Below are positions 20,342 to 28,531 of a stretch of DNA of 64,000 nucleotides, piece after piece. The translations under genes and the position numbers were made by a program. The notes beneath the pieces are model-generated. The model saw only the letters and a program-made list of their open reading frames with translations. It was not told the origin of the DNA and did not search any database. This stretch comes from a phage. The stretch lies in NCBI GenBank assembly GCA_011939005.1, contig GCA_011939005.1_4858.1. One strand, 5' to 3'. The stretch's first letter is position 1; every line of letters starts with the position of its first letter.

Positions 20342-21662
20342 TAGCGAACAGCAAATCCAGTACACACCACGCACGTATCAGGTTGTGACTAACCTGTCAT
20401 GTAACCTGGACTGCGAATACTGCTACGAGCGTAAATATCCACGCAATAACAAAGTAGCTGACGTGATTGATTTTATCCACGCTTGCTTCGAGCGCGATAA
20501 AGATATCCCGAACGTTGAAGTCATCATCGATATCATCGGTGGTGAGCCGTTCATGCAGCCTAAACTTCTTTTGGCGGCCTTTGAAACCGCAGAGAAGTTA
20601 TGCGCAGAACACAATCGCCCGTATATGTTCAGTATCTCCACGAACGGTACACTTCTGGACCGTCCGCTGAACAAAGAAATTATCGAGCGCTGGAAAGACA
20701 AACTGTCTATTGGGGTCTCCATCGATGGTTTACCTGAAGTCCATGACAAATATCGTATCTTTACCACGACGCGTGAAGGGTCGTACGAAGCTGCGGTACG
20801 TGGTTACAATTATCTGAAGAGTGTTGGCATCGCTGAACTGGGCGTAAAGGCGACGTTTACGATCGATACATTGCCGCACTATGCCGCCAGCATGAAATCG
20901 TTAATTGACATGTCCGGCGGTGGTACCATTTCTGGTAACGTAACGTACGAAGATATCCTACCGCGCCATATGGCGTTGGATATCGCGAACCAGATGATGG
21001 ACGTGATGGACTACTGGATTGAGAAGGGTCTGCACACCAACCCGCGTAACACGATTACACACATCATCCCGGATGGCCTGAACTTTATGGCAACTTGGGA
21101 CCCGGATTGGCGTGACAAACTCTTACATGACGACTCTGTTCGTCTCGACCCAGAACGCCTGAAACCGTACTGCGGTACGTTGACGCACATGACCTGTCTC
21201 GGCTTTGATCGCAAGATTTACGGTTGTAACCGTTTCATGTCCACGGTAACTTCCCGTTCTGCTGTAGCAGAACTGGTCGGTCGTGAGTTTGTGAGCCTGG
21301 ACGGTGGTAAGCTGTTAGAAGAGATTCAAACGCAGTACACCAACTACCCAGAAACCTGTTTAGGGTGTCCGATGAAACACAGTTGCGGTAGCTGCGCGGC
21401 AGCATCGTACGAAAACGGTGAAGGTACACTGGAAGACCGTAAAGCGTATCATGCCGAGCGTCGTCAGTGTGGTTGGACTACTGCGAAGCTGATGGCGGCA
21501 GAATATTGGTATCAGAAAACTGGTACGACCCGCGCATCAGATTTGCATGATAAATCCATGTGCTATTGTTCACGTTGTGTACGCCAACGTGCTGAAGCAG
21601 AAAAATTACAAAACGGAGCCCAGAATGAAGTCAATACTGATTCACAATTTTACGAAGCGTAA
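20334..21662 (+). CDS. radical SAM enzyme with SPASM-like C-terminal domain (442 aa)
   Basis: CNLDCEYC near N-terminus; C-terminal cysteine cluster C-x2-C-x5-C-x2-C plus upstream Cys; start ATG overlaps stop of the upstream radical-SAM gene (translational coupling). Confidence 0.8.
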   Translation: MSNSEQQIQYTPRTYQVVTNLSCNLDCEYCYERKYPRNNKVADVIDFIHACFERDKDIPNVEVIIDIIGGEPFMQPKLLLAAFETAEKLCAEHNRPYMFSISTNGTLLDRPLNKEIIERWKDKLSIGVSIDGLPEVHDKYRIFTTTREGSYEAAVRGYNYLKSVGIAELGVKATFTIDTLPHYAASMKSLIDMSGGGTISGNVTYEDILPRHMALDIANQMMDVMDYWIEKGLHTNPRNTITHIIPDGLNFMATWDPDWRDKLLHDDSVRLDPERLKPYCGTLTHMTCLGFDRKIYGCNRFMSTVTSRSAVAELVGREFVSLDGGKLLEEIQTQYTNYPETCLGCPMKHSCGSCAAASYENGEGTLEDRKAYHAERRQCGWTTAKLMAAEYWYQKTGTTRASDLHDKSMCYCSRCVRQRAEAEKLQNGAQNEVNTDSQFYEA

Positions 21663-22191
21663 ACTGCACTTGGTCGATCGCTTCCTGCGCAAAAGCAAGC
21701 TGTACAATGTGCACGCAATTGTGGCAGGGGAAGACTTCACTGATGAAATCCAAAGCCTGTTGATTAAATACGGGCTGAATGTGATGATCCCGGTCTACTG
21801 CGTTGAGAAAGGACACGAGTCTGTCGCAGAAATCGAAAAGCGCAATCCTGGCTTTGAGAAGCGATTGCTCGCATACCCACGCCACAAAATCGAACTGCTA
21901 CGTCATTCCATCGATGAAGCCAGTCCTGAAAGTTTAGTGGCTTTGGGCTTGTCTTTCCCGCGGATGCGTATTCGTAACTTACGCTCCAATAATCCGGTCG
22001 ACGCGTATTACACAGAGCGTCAAATCTTTGAAGAACATCTGCTCCCGCAGTTGGAAGAAGAAGAGCAACACAACATTTCGTTGTTGTGGGCCGGTAACCT
22101 CGATCAGGACTTCCAGATGCTGGACTTCGGTTTGTTGTTAGAACTTGGCCTGATTGAGGAGGACGAATGTCTGTTACTGACAAAAGCTTAA
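21625..22191 (+). CDS. hypothetical protein (about 188 aa)
   Basis: Internal ATG with RBS GGAG; overlaps end of upstream gene; same operon. Confidence 0.45.
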   Translation: MKSILIHNFTKRKLHLVDRFLRKSKLYNVHAIVAGEDFTDEIQSLLIKYGLNVMIPVYCVEKGHESVAEIEKRNPGFEKRLLAYPRHKIELLRHSIDEASPESLVALGLSFPRMRIRNLRSNNPVDAYYTERQIFEEHLLPQLEEEEQHNISLLWAGNLDQDFQMLDFGLLLELGLIEEDECLLLTKA

Positions 22192-22838
22192 CGAACGAAG
22201 AGATCCGCGCCCGTTATTTCCAGCGCAATTTGCCGATTGACCGACACGGCAACTTCATGGAACGTATCGGTGCAGAGGATCAAGGCCGTACAGGCTTTTG
22301 CGCTCTGCTCCATTATCATCTCATCGAAGGGATGTCTGATAAAGAAGCCCTGGCACGCATGAAGCTGTATGAGATGTCGGAGATTGAAGCTAACTTCACA
22401 TTGAAACGCACGAAAGAGTTTATTGCTAATGTGCTGGAGATTGACCTCGACGAAATTCGCGGGAATCTAAAATCTACCGCACGTTACATTTACGAAGACG
22501 TGCAGAAGATGCTGTTGGAACTCGACCACCGCTACGAAGATGAGCGCCATGGTTATATCGAGTTTGAAGGTAGTCACTTTCAAGCCGATGAATCGTCGCG
22601 TACCATCCTCGGTCAATACATTCAGGCAGATACCGCACCAGAATACTGGCTCGATACGCTGAATACTAAGCACAGTCCGTTTACAGTAGACCAATGTAAA
22701 GCGTTGTTGGGCGCTATTGTTGCACGCGACCAAGTGTTGCACTCAGCAATGGCAGATAACAAACGCCAAATCCGTGAGTTAGCTGAAAAGCGCGATTACA
22801 CTGGATTAAAAACATTGTCCGAGTCACTCGGCATGTAA
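22167..22838 (+). CDS. hypothetical protein (223 aa), last gene of operon
   Basis: RBS GAGGAGG; followed by strong terminator. Confidence 0.5.
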   Translation: MSVTDKSLTNEEIRARYFQRNLPIDRHGNFMERIGAEDQGRTGFCALLHYHLIEGMSDKEALARMKLYEMSEIEANFTLKRTKEFIANVLEIDLDEIRGNLKSTARYIYEDVQKMLLELDHRYEDERHGYIEFEGSHFQADESSRTILGQYIQADTAPEYWLDTLNTKHSPFTVDQCKALLGAIVARDQVLHSAMADNKRQIRELAEKRDYTGLKTLSESLGM

Positions 22839-22852
22839 GCAAAGAAAATAAA

Positions 22853-22895
22853 GGCCCTACCTCCCCGAAGGGAGGTAGGTACCTTTTATTTATTT
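22853..22895. terminator. bidirectional rho-independent terminator
   Basis: 10-bp stem CCTACCTCCC / GGGAGGTAGG with CGAA loop, T-rich on both sides. Confidence 0.7.
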
Positions 22896-22919
22896 CTTAG
22901 AAACTACTAAGTTGTTTTG

Positions 22920-23447
22920 TTAAACGAATCCGTCCAGTTCACCGTTGGTGGTACTCAGGTCAGTTTTAACGATTGGCTGCGTTACAGTATAAACTGCAAG
23001 GCTGGCAGGCTGGTATTTAATGTGGCCTTCTTTCACCTTAACAGTGATGATTTTCTCACCACTGTCGCCGTCCTCGCGTGTAATGGTGAGTTCAGACAAT
23101 GCAAACGCATCTTCCGTTTTACCGGCAGCAATTAGATCTGCGTTGACAAAAGCAAGCACTTCTTCATCGGTATCCCATTCTGCCTGGTCAGCGGTAACTG
23201 CTTTCGCACCGATGATGTTCAATGAATCGAGGCGGGTATAATGCAGCTCTTTCTCGCCAGTAAAGTTAGCGGATTCCGCGGTGGCAGTGATGGTGAGTTT
23301 GGAGTTGCGATGGTCTCCAGAATCTGCTGGTGAATAGTCAGCAACAGCGCCGAATGTAACGTCAGCAGAAGTTAACGGACTAGACAGTCCGCTGTTTGCA
23401 GCATTAAACAGCGCAACGAGTTGGTCTTTTGCAGAGATGACTGCCAT
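22920..23447 (-). CDS. fiber-like protein, short member of the N-domain paralog family, C-terminal NGELDGF motif
   Basis: Internal ATG with RBS AAGGAAA; N-terminus resembles the 36982-43059 array; ends TNGELDGFV. Confidence 0.5.
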   Translation of the reverse strand: MAVISAKDQLVALFNAANSGLSSPLTSADVTFGAVADYSPADSGDHRNSKLTITATAESANFTGEKELHYTRLDSLNIIGAKAVTADQAEWDTDEEVLAFVNADLIAAGKTEDAFALSELTITREDGDSGEKIITVKVKEGHIKYQPASLAVYTVTQPIVKTDLSTTNGELDGFV

Positions 23448-23571
23448 GGTTGTTTCCTTATAGTAGGTTTGTGGTGCATACCAAATCATTCTAAAAAATA
23501 CATAGTGGGGTTAATATGACAGTAAAGTTGGCTGTTAAACGAGAAAGTTTTTACCACTGAAAGGATACCTT

Positions 23572-24063
23572 ATGAAACGTCTATTTATCGTATTCGCGAT
23601 TATAAACCTGTTGGTCGGTTGTGTTCAGTCGCCAAACAACATCGGGCAATTTAGCGCCACGCCAGTAAAGAATCACGACTTGGTGATTTATACATGCACA
23701 GGAACGCAGGAGAAGTTTGTAGACTACCGTCCGGTTCTGGACAACCTACAAATGATGCCGCGGTCAGTAACAGTATTGGATGTGGGTGCAAGCTGGGTAG
23801 CAACGTGGGACGGTGGCAAACTTGAGTCACCGATGATGTTTAAAGATACAATTGGCAAAATCGACGGGAATGTTAACACCACCACAGGTGAGCGTTATTA
23901 CCGTATTAATAAAACCGTAAACGATAGCCCCACTTACTCTTTTTCGGATGTGAACCCGTATACCGGCGAAGGTAAAGGGATGACATTCTTTCGCTGCAGC
24001 AGCGGGTTTATCGGTGAAGTTCCTACCCCGATTACGATTGTTCCGTTAGAAGAAAATAAATAA
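23572..24063 (+). CDS. predicted lipoprotein (163 aa)
   Basis: N-terminal signal peptide with lipobox (LLVGC); followed by GNRA-loop terminator. Confidence 0.6.
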   Translation: MKRLFIVFAIINLLVGCVQSPNNIGQFSATPVKNHDLVIYTCTGTQEKFVDYRPVLDNLQMMPRSVTVLDVGASWVATWDGGKLESPMMFKDTIGKIDGNVNTTTGERYYRINKTVNDSPTYSFSDVNPYTGEGKGMTFFRCSSGFIGEVPTPITIVPLEENK

Positions 24064-24110
24064 TGCTTACCCACTCCCGTAAGGGGAGTGGGTAAGGGCT
24101 TTATTTACCC
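24064..24110 (+). terminator. rho-independent terminator
   Basis: Stem TTACCCACTCCC / GGGAGTGGGTAA with GTAA loop, then T-rich tract. Confidence 0.7.
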
Positions 24111-24188
24111 TCTAAAACGCTCTGTAACGCTCTCTAAGCGCATTAAACGTATCAAATGATAAATGATATTACTTTTGATTAAAGTGGC

Positions 24189-24704
24189 TTAGATTTTAAC
24201 TAGCTTGCTCCAATCGATGGGTTGTTGCTTAACCACTTTAACGGTACCACGTGTCGGTGACCAGAAGGTGATATCAGGCTGGTTGCGTACGTCAACATGC
24301 AGCCAGGTAATATCGCACTCGATAAAGTGAATAAATGGAAACTCGTCAGGGTTCGCGGCAATATAATCGTGCACTTTCTGCAACGGAGTATCAAGCATTG
24401 TTGCATCAAACGCATTACCGAATTTATGCATACTGCCTGATTCGGCGTACAGTTTGTTTGCACGAGTTTGCCAATCGCCACCCTTTGGTTTCTCTTGATT
24501 AATAAAGAACTGCAGGGTACGCAGACTACGCTGTTGCTGGGAACTGGTTAAAATCACCATCCGCCCAAAACGATTACGAATCTGTTGGAGCGAGATTAGC
24601 AGTAACGGATTAAGGAAACGAATAGCACCTTCACCGTATTTCGCGATGTACTCCTGCGGCATCAACTCTTTTAACGCGAAGTTGGCAGGATTCGGATGAA
24701 ACAT
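24189..24704 (-). CDS. peptidase M15-like zinc peptidoglycan peptidase (171 aa), putative
   Basis: Motifs S-M-H-K-F-G-N-A-F-D (S.H..G.A.D) and W-L-H-V-D consistent with the His/Asp/His zinc site of M15/VanY-type cell-wall peptidases. Confidence 0.45.
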   Translation of the reverse strand: MFHPNPANFALKELMPQEYIAKYGEGAIRFLNPLLLISLQQIRNRFGRMVILTSSQQQRSLRTLQFFINQEKPKGGDWQTRANKLYAESGSMHKFGNAFDATMLDTPLQKVHDYIAANPDEFPFIHFIECDITWLHVDVRNQPDITFWSPTRGTVKVVKQQPIDWSKLVKI

Positions 24705-24713
24705 TTTCTCTCC

Positions 24714-25355
24714 TTAAGGGGTAGTCAGGAACGCGCGTTTGATATTCAAATACTGCACGTTTACCGGTTGCCCATTAGTAATGTCAACACGTTCGTGTTC
24801 AGGAATCGCTAACGTACGCGATGTTCTAAAGAACAGGTAGTTGCGATTATAGGACAACGTCTTTTCTACCGGCCGGCTATAAACCACCTTAGAGTTATCG
24901 TCTACATAGGACGGCCAACCAAACTCGTGAACGGCATGGTAGAAGGACTTACGAATAAAGGTGTCAACGCCTAATGCCTCCATGATGCGTAAGAACATCA
25001 AGTCAGCGAACGTTTTGTCACATGCACGAGATAGATTACCTTCAACGGTGTCAGGGTAAAAGCCTACCGATGAACGTTTCTGGTAAAACAAATCATGCAC
25101 ACAAGCGGCAGCGGCCCAAGGCCCATCCGGATGCAGGATAGGACGTAACGTTTCTGGAATGCTTGCCAGGTCCGTCACAAATCCTCTCGGTACCGTTACC
25201 CATAACGGGGTATCCGGATGCACACCTGCTAATGCTACCATCGCATCCATTCCGGTCTGTTCACGATAGAGGCTGCGCAACGTAAACTCGAAATGGAAAT
25301 CATCCGTGAGGATAAACCACGGCTTCTCTAACAACTTATACTTAAGTGCTTCCAT
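24714..25355 (-). CDS. DUF1353 domain protein (213 aa)
   Basis: GFVTDLASIP....HPDGPW....HD..Y pattern typical of DUF1353. Confidence 0.45.
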   Translation of the reverse strand: MEALKYKLLEKPWFILTDDFHFEFTLRSLYREQTGMDAMVALAGVHPDTPLWVTVPRGFVTDLASIPETLRPILHPDGPWAAAACVHDLFYQKRSSVGFYPDTVEGNLSRACDKTFADLMFLRIMEALGVDTFIRKSFYHAVHEFGWPSYVDDNSKVVYSRPVEKTLSYNRNYLFFRTSRTLAIPEHERVDITNGQPVNVQYLNIKRAFLTTP

Positions 25356-25643
25356 ACTGACCTCATGTCATATAACGCACGAGCATCGTGAGGACCATTA
25401 ATCCCAGTAAAATGGGCATTAAGCCTTTCGGCCAGTCGTCGTTGTCGTATTGCATGGCTTTACCCTCTGACAGAAGATCGTGCGTAATAGTTTGAAGAAC
25501 CCAGAATCGTAATACGTTTCCGGAACAGTTTGTACTTCGGGGAACTTAGGCGGAGTTGGACGGTGGGTCATTACGTTTTCTCCTTGCAGCAAAAACAAGG
25601 GCGCGCCAGATAGCTTTCATTAAGGCAGCAAACCAATTCTGTT

Positions 25644-26297
25644 TCATTTACACATCCCCAACTTAGCCACGTAGTCTGGCATTTCCTGATAGACGCGGCC
25701 ATACCAGCCGTAAGTAAACTCTTCGTTATCCTCACGCCCTTCACTGATTTCCGTGTAGTACGCTACCTGATGACAGGTTAAAGCGAATATCAGTCGATTT
25801 AGGCCCTCTTCCCCACGAGCTTTGATAAAGCCTTCTAACGCTGTTAACGTACGTGGTCCAATACCACCGTCGGCATCGATATCGTCGTACAGTTTACCCT
25901 GACGGTTTAATACGTTCAGAATGCGCTGCAGGGACTTGATACAGTTGCCACGACCTGCGTTGATGCCGAAATCAAACATCCGGTCAGCTAGCAGGACATT
26001 CATTTTCATAATCTGGTCTAAGCGCATCCGCTGCCACCAGAGCTTGTTGTAAATGTCTAACGCGGTTTCTAGGCTCAGGTCACGCATATCCCCTTTATAG
26101 CCATATTCACGCGCCGTGAGTTCGGTGACACCACGGTTCGTTGCTTTACCCAAATCTTTCGGGTTATTAACGTAACCGGCTTCGATGTTTACTTTGGCAC
26201 GAATAATGCCCTCTTTACTCCAACGATCGACCACGATAACCTCCTGCGTTGATAGGGTCATAAAAAGAAAGCCTCTTCCCCGTGGGGAAGAGGGCAT
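25644..26297 (-). CDS. endolysin: GH108-type muramidase with C-terminal peptidoglycan-binding domain
   Basis: EAGYVNNPKD.G..T..GVT...YGY.GDM motif (GH108) and DADGGIGPRTLTAL (PG_binding_3-like). Start ambiguous: M1 at 26297 or M13 at 26261, which sits immediately after a hairpin. Confidence 0.8.
   Translation of the reverse strand: MPSSPRGRGFLFMTLSTQEVIVVDRWSKEGIIRAKVNIEAGYVNNPKDLGKATNRGVTELTAREYGYKGDMRDLSLETALDIYNKLWWQRMRLDQIMKMNVLLADRMFDFGINAGRGNCIKSLQRILNVLNRQGKLYDDIDADGGIGPRTLTALEGFIKARGEEGLNRLIFALTCHQVAYYTEISEGREDNEEFTYGWYGRVYQEMPDYVAKLGMCK
26268..26296 (-). terminator. hairpin terminator after the 722-aa gene, overlapping the possible 5' end of the endolysin gene
   Basis: Stem CCTCTTCCCC / GGGGAAGAGG, T-run on minus strand. 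Confidence 0.5.
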
Positions 26298-26348
26298 GGG
26301 TTATTCTCAGGCTTTAACCCCGTCAAGTTCCTCGTTAAATTATGATAA

Positions 26349-28517
26349 CTATTTCTTTGGCCGCACCCACGGTTTAGGGGCGGATTTGGTATACGGATTA
26401 CATTCCATCATCTTACCGAGGTAGGCATCGTAATACACGAAGCGATCGACATAGAACTTCTCCACCGGTGCACTACTGGTAGCCGATTTCACCCGGTTGC
26501 GTTCCACAGCGAGGCTAATCGCCCCGGTAGGTGCGGGTTTTAGCGTGAACATTACCGCGCGGTTGTAACGCCAAGTGTCGTGCACAATATCAAACTCCGA
26601 TACACAGTGTGCCATGATACCAAACAATGTGGTGGCTGGTAAGTTGGCTACAGCATCGCCGTATGGTGTTCCCACCAAACCGCCGGGTATGTTTTGCTTT
26701 TTGAACAGCGTACCTGAAATAATCGTACCTAAGAACTCCACAACTACAGGCTTGGTTGGGTCGGTGACTTTATCTATCCCATCCGCACTGGCCAATCGGT
26801 TGGCATCTAAATCTGCGAGGTAGTCGAGGAACTCTTGGTACTCGTCGGTAACATTCGGTTTCACCGTTCCGACGGATACCCAGTTGACGATACTTTTATT
26901 CCCACCGACAGCTTCGCCTGCCATCCCAGGGCGAGTCCATGACATCCCGTCTTCACGACCGTAGACATAGACTGGCGAGCCGGTAGCCGGGGTGTTCCAT
27001 TGCTCGAACGCTGTATATCGTCCCGGCTGGCCCCAATCCCCACCCGGACCGCCATAGTAGCGACTCTGGTAGCCGGTAAATTGCGCGACGACTAACTGGG
27101 TAGCACCGCCTTTGTCACGGGACCCAGCTAAGCCGTTACGGTTATTGGTGCCGCTGGGCACCGCCGCGCCTGGCCCGAGAGGCGCACCACCAGCTCCACC
27201 GATCTTGGTGGTGCTAAACGCATAGTAGTCGCCCCCACCCCCACCACCGGCGATGGTGCCGTAGTTTTCGATGGTGACTTTGCCACGGAAGGTATCGCTA
27301 ATGTGGATTGCGTCAGCTCCGTCCGCTGATGTGTTCGCAGGCATAGAGTAGACCACACCCGAACCACCACGACCAAGAATGGTTCCCCGGTTAACGAAGT
27401 TCCAAACCACCTCGCCAATTTGCGGCAATTCGTCGATAACGAACGTCGGTTTCAGGTTGCTGTCGCGATAAACGAAAGCCCCCGCATCTACGGTCACGTT
27501 AACAAACAAACGCCCGCACGCCGCATGGTTGGTCAACGTTGTGGCCCAGTAGCTGTCCGAAAGTTGCGACGTAGTTGTGTAGTTCAGGTTAAGGGTTTGC
27601 TCGTTATCTTGATAGCGTGCTACATTCAACGTGGCACTGCCCATGACTTTGTACGAACCCTCTACGGGTGCCAATTGCACTTGTCTCGGCCACTCGCCTG
27701 CCAGGTTCTCTACAGGAGCAATTTCGTTTACATCAAAAACACTCCGAATGCCGAGTGTCTCGATGGCCAGAGCATCGTGCAGGCTACCGGTGAAATCATC
27801 CGGGACGTATGTGGTTTTGCCTGCATATGTCTCGAGTTTGTTACGTGAGAAGAACACATACTTCGTTCCAAACATCCCGCTCCCCGGTCTAGCGGTCAAA
27901 GCTACGACGCTGTTATACGCAGAGGTTTGGCCTATATCCTCCGGGGACATCGGGGCGCTGACATCGACTTTATCAAGATCCACGATCCGTTTGGTTGCAT
28001 TAGAGTAGAAGTTAATCCACTGCTGCTTATTCGCAGCCTTTAGCGTGAAAATGATATTGGTAACAGTGTAGACAGTGTTGATATCCACGTCACCGTTTAT
28101 CACATCTAGCGTTTGGCTGCCGTACCAGATAAGACTTGTCTGTTTCGCCTGGAACGTGATGCGCGCAGCATTGTTTGTCCAAGTGATGGGCAGGTCTTCA
28201 AAGTCGTCGGTTAAAAAGGTAATCCCTAGTAGAGTGTCTAAATGCGGCAACAGTTCGTGGATGGACGCACAAGTGGGAATGGCATCCAACTTAACCTTGG
28301 CGAAATAATCAGCAATATTTTGCTTCGTGACTTGGGCCGTAATTTGACCGTAACTAGAATACCCCGGACCCCCTGTCAGTGTGACGTCTAGGGTTTTTTC
28401 GTCACGATGCGCCACGGACACCAGGCGTACGTTAGCGGGGTCTACTGCTTTGGCGACCGCGTTTTTACGGTTGAGCGACCGAATCACGGTCGCCACTAAA
28501 TCGGGAGTGTATGACAT
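26349..28517 (-). CDS. fiber-like protein (722 aa) with Gly-rich region; N-domain paralog family
   Basis: RBS AAGG; N-terminal module resembles the array genes; poly-Gly/GGxGG segment. Confidence 0.6.
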   Translation of the reverse strand: MSYTPDLVATVIRSLNRKNAVAKAVDPANVRLVSVAHRDEKTLDVTLTGGPGYSSYGQITAQVTKQNIADYFAKVKLDAIPTCASIHELLPHLDTLLGITFLTDDFEDLPITWTNNAARITFQAKQTSLIWYGSQTLDVINGDVDINTVYTVTNIIFTLKAANKQQWINFYSNATKRIVDLDKVDVSAPMSPEDIGQTSAYNSVVALTARPGSGMFGTKYVFFSRNKLETYAGKTTYVPDDFTGSLHDALAIETLGIRSVFDVNEIAPVENLAGEWPRQVQLAPVEGSYKVMGSATLNVARYQDNEQTLNLNYTTTSQLSDSYWATTLTNHAACGRLFVNVTVDAGAFVYRDSNLKPTFVIDELPQIGEVVWNFVNRGTILGRGGSGVVYSMPANTSADGADAIHISDTFRGKVTIENYGTIAGGGGGGDYYAFSTTKIGGAGGAPLGPGAAVPSGTNNRNGLAGSRDKGGATQLVVAQFTGYQSRYYGGPGGDWGQPGRYTAFEQWNTPATGSPVYVYGREDGMSWTRPGMAGEAVGGNKSIVNWVSVGTVKPNVTDEYQEFLDYLADLDANRLASADGIDKVTDPTKPVVVEFLGTIISGTLFKKQNIPGGLVGTPYGDAVANLPATTLFGIMAHCVSEFDIVHDTWRYNRAVMFTLKPAPTGAISLAVERNRVKSATSSAPVEKFYVDRFVYYDAYLGKMMECNPYTKSAPKPWVRPKK

Positions 28518-28531
28518 GGTGACACCTTAGT

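Noticed and set aside
21547-21624. Upstream extension of ORF 21547-22191
   Set aside because: The extension overlaps the conserved C-terminus of the SPASM-like radical-SAM gene; the internal ATG at 21625 has a GGAG RBS.
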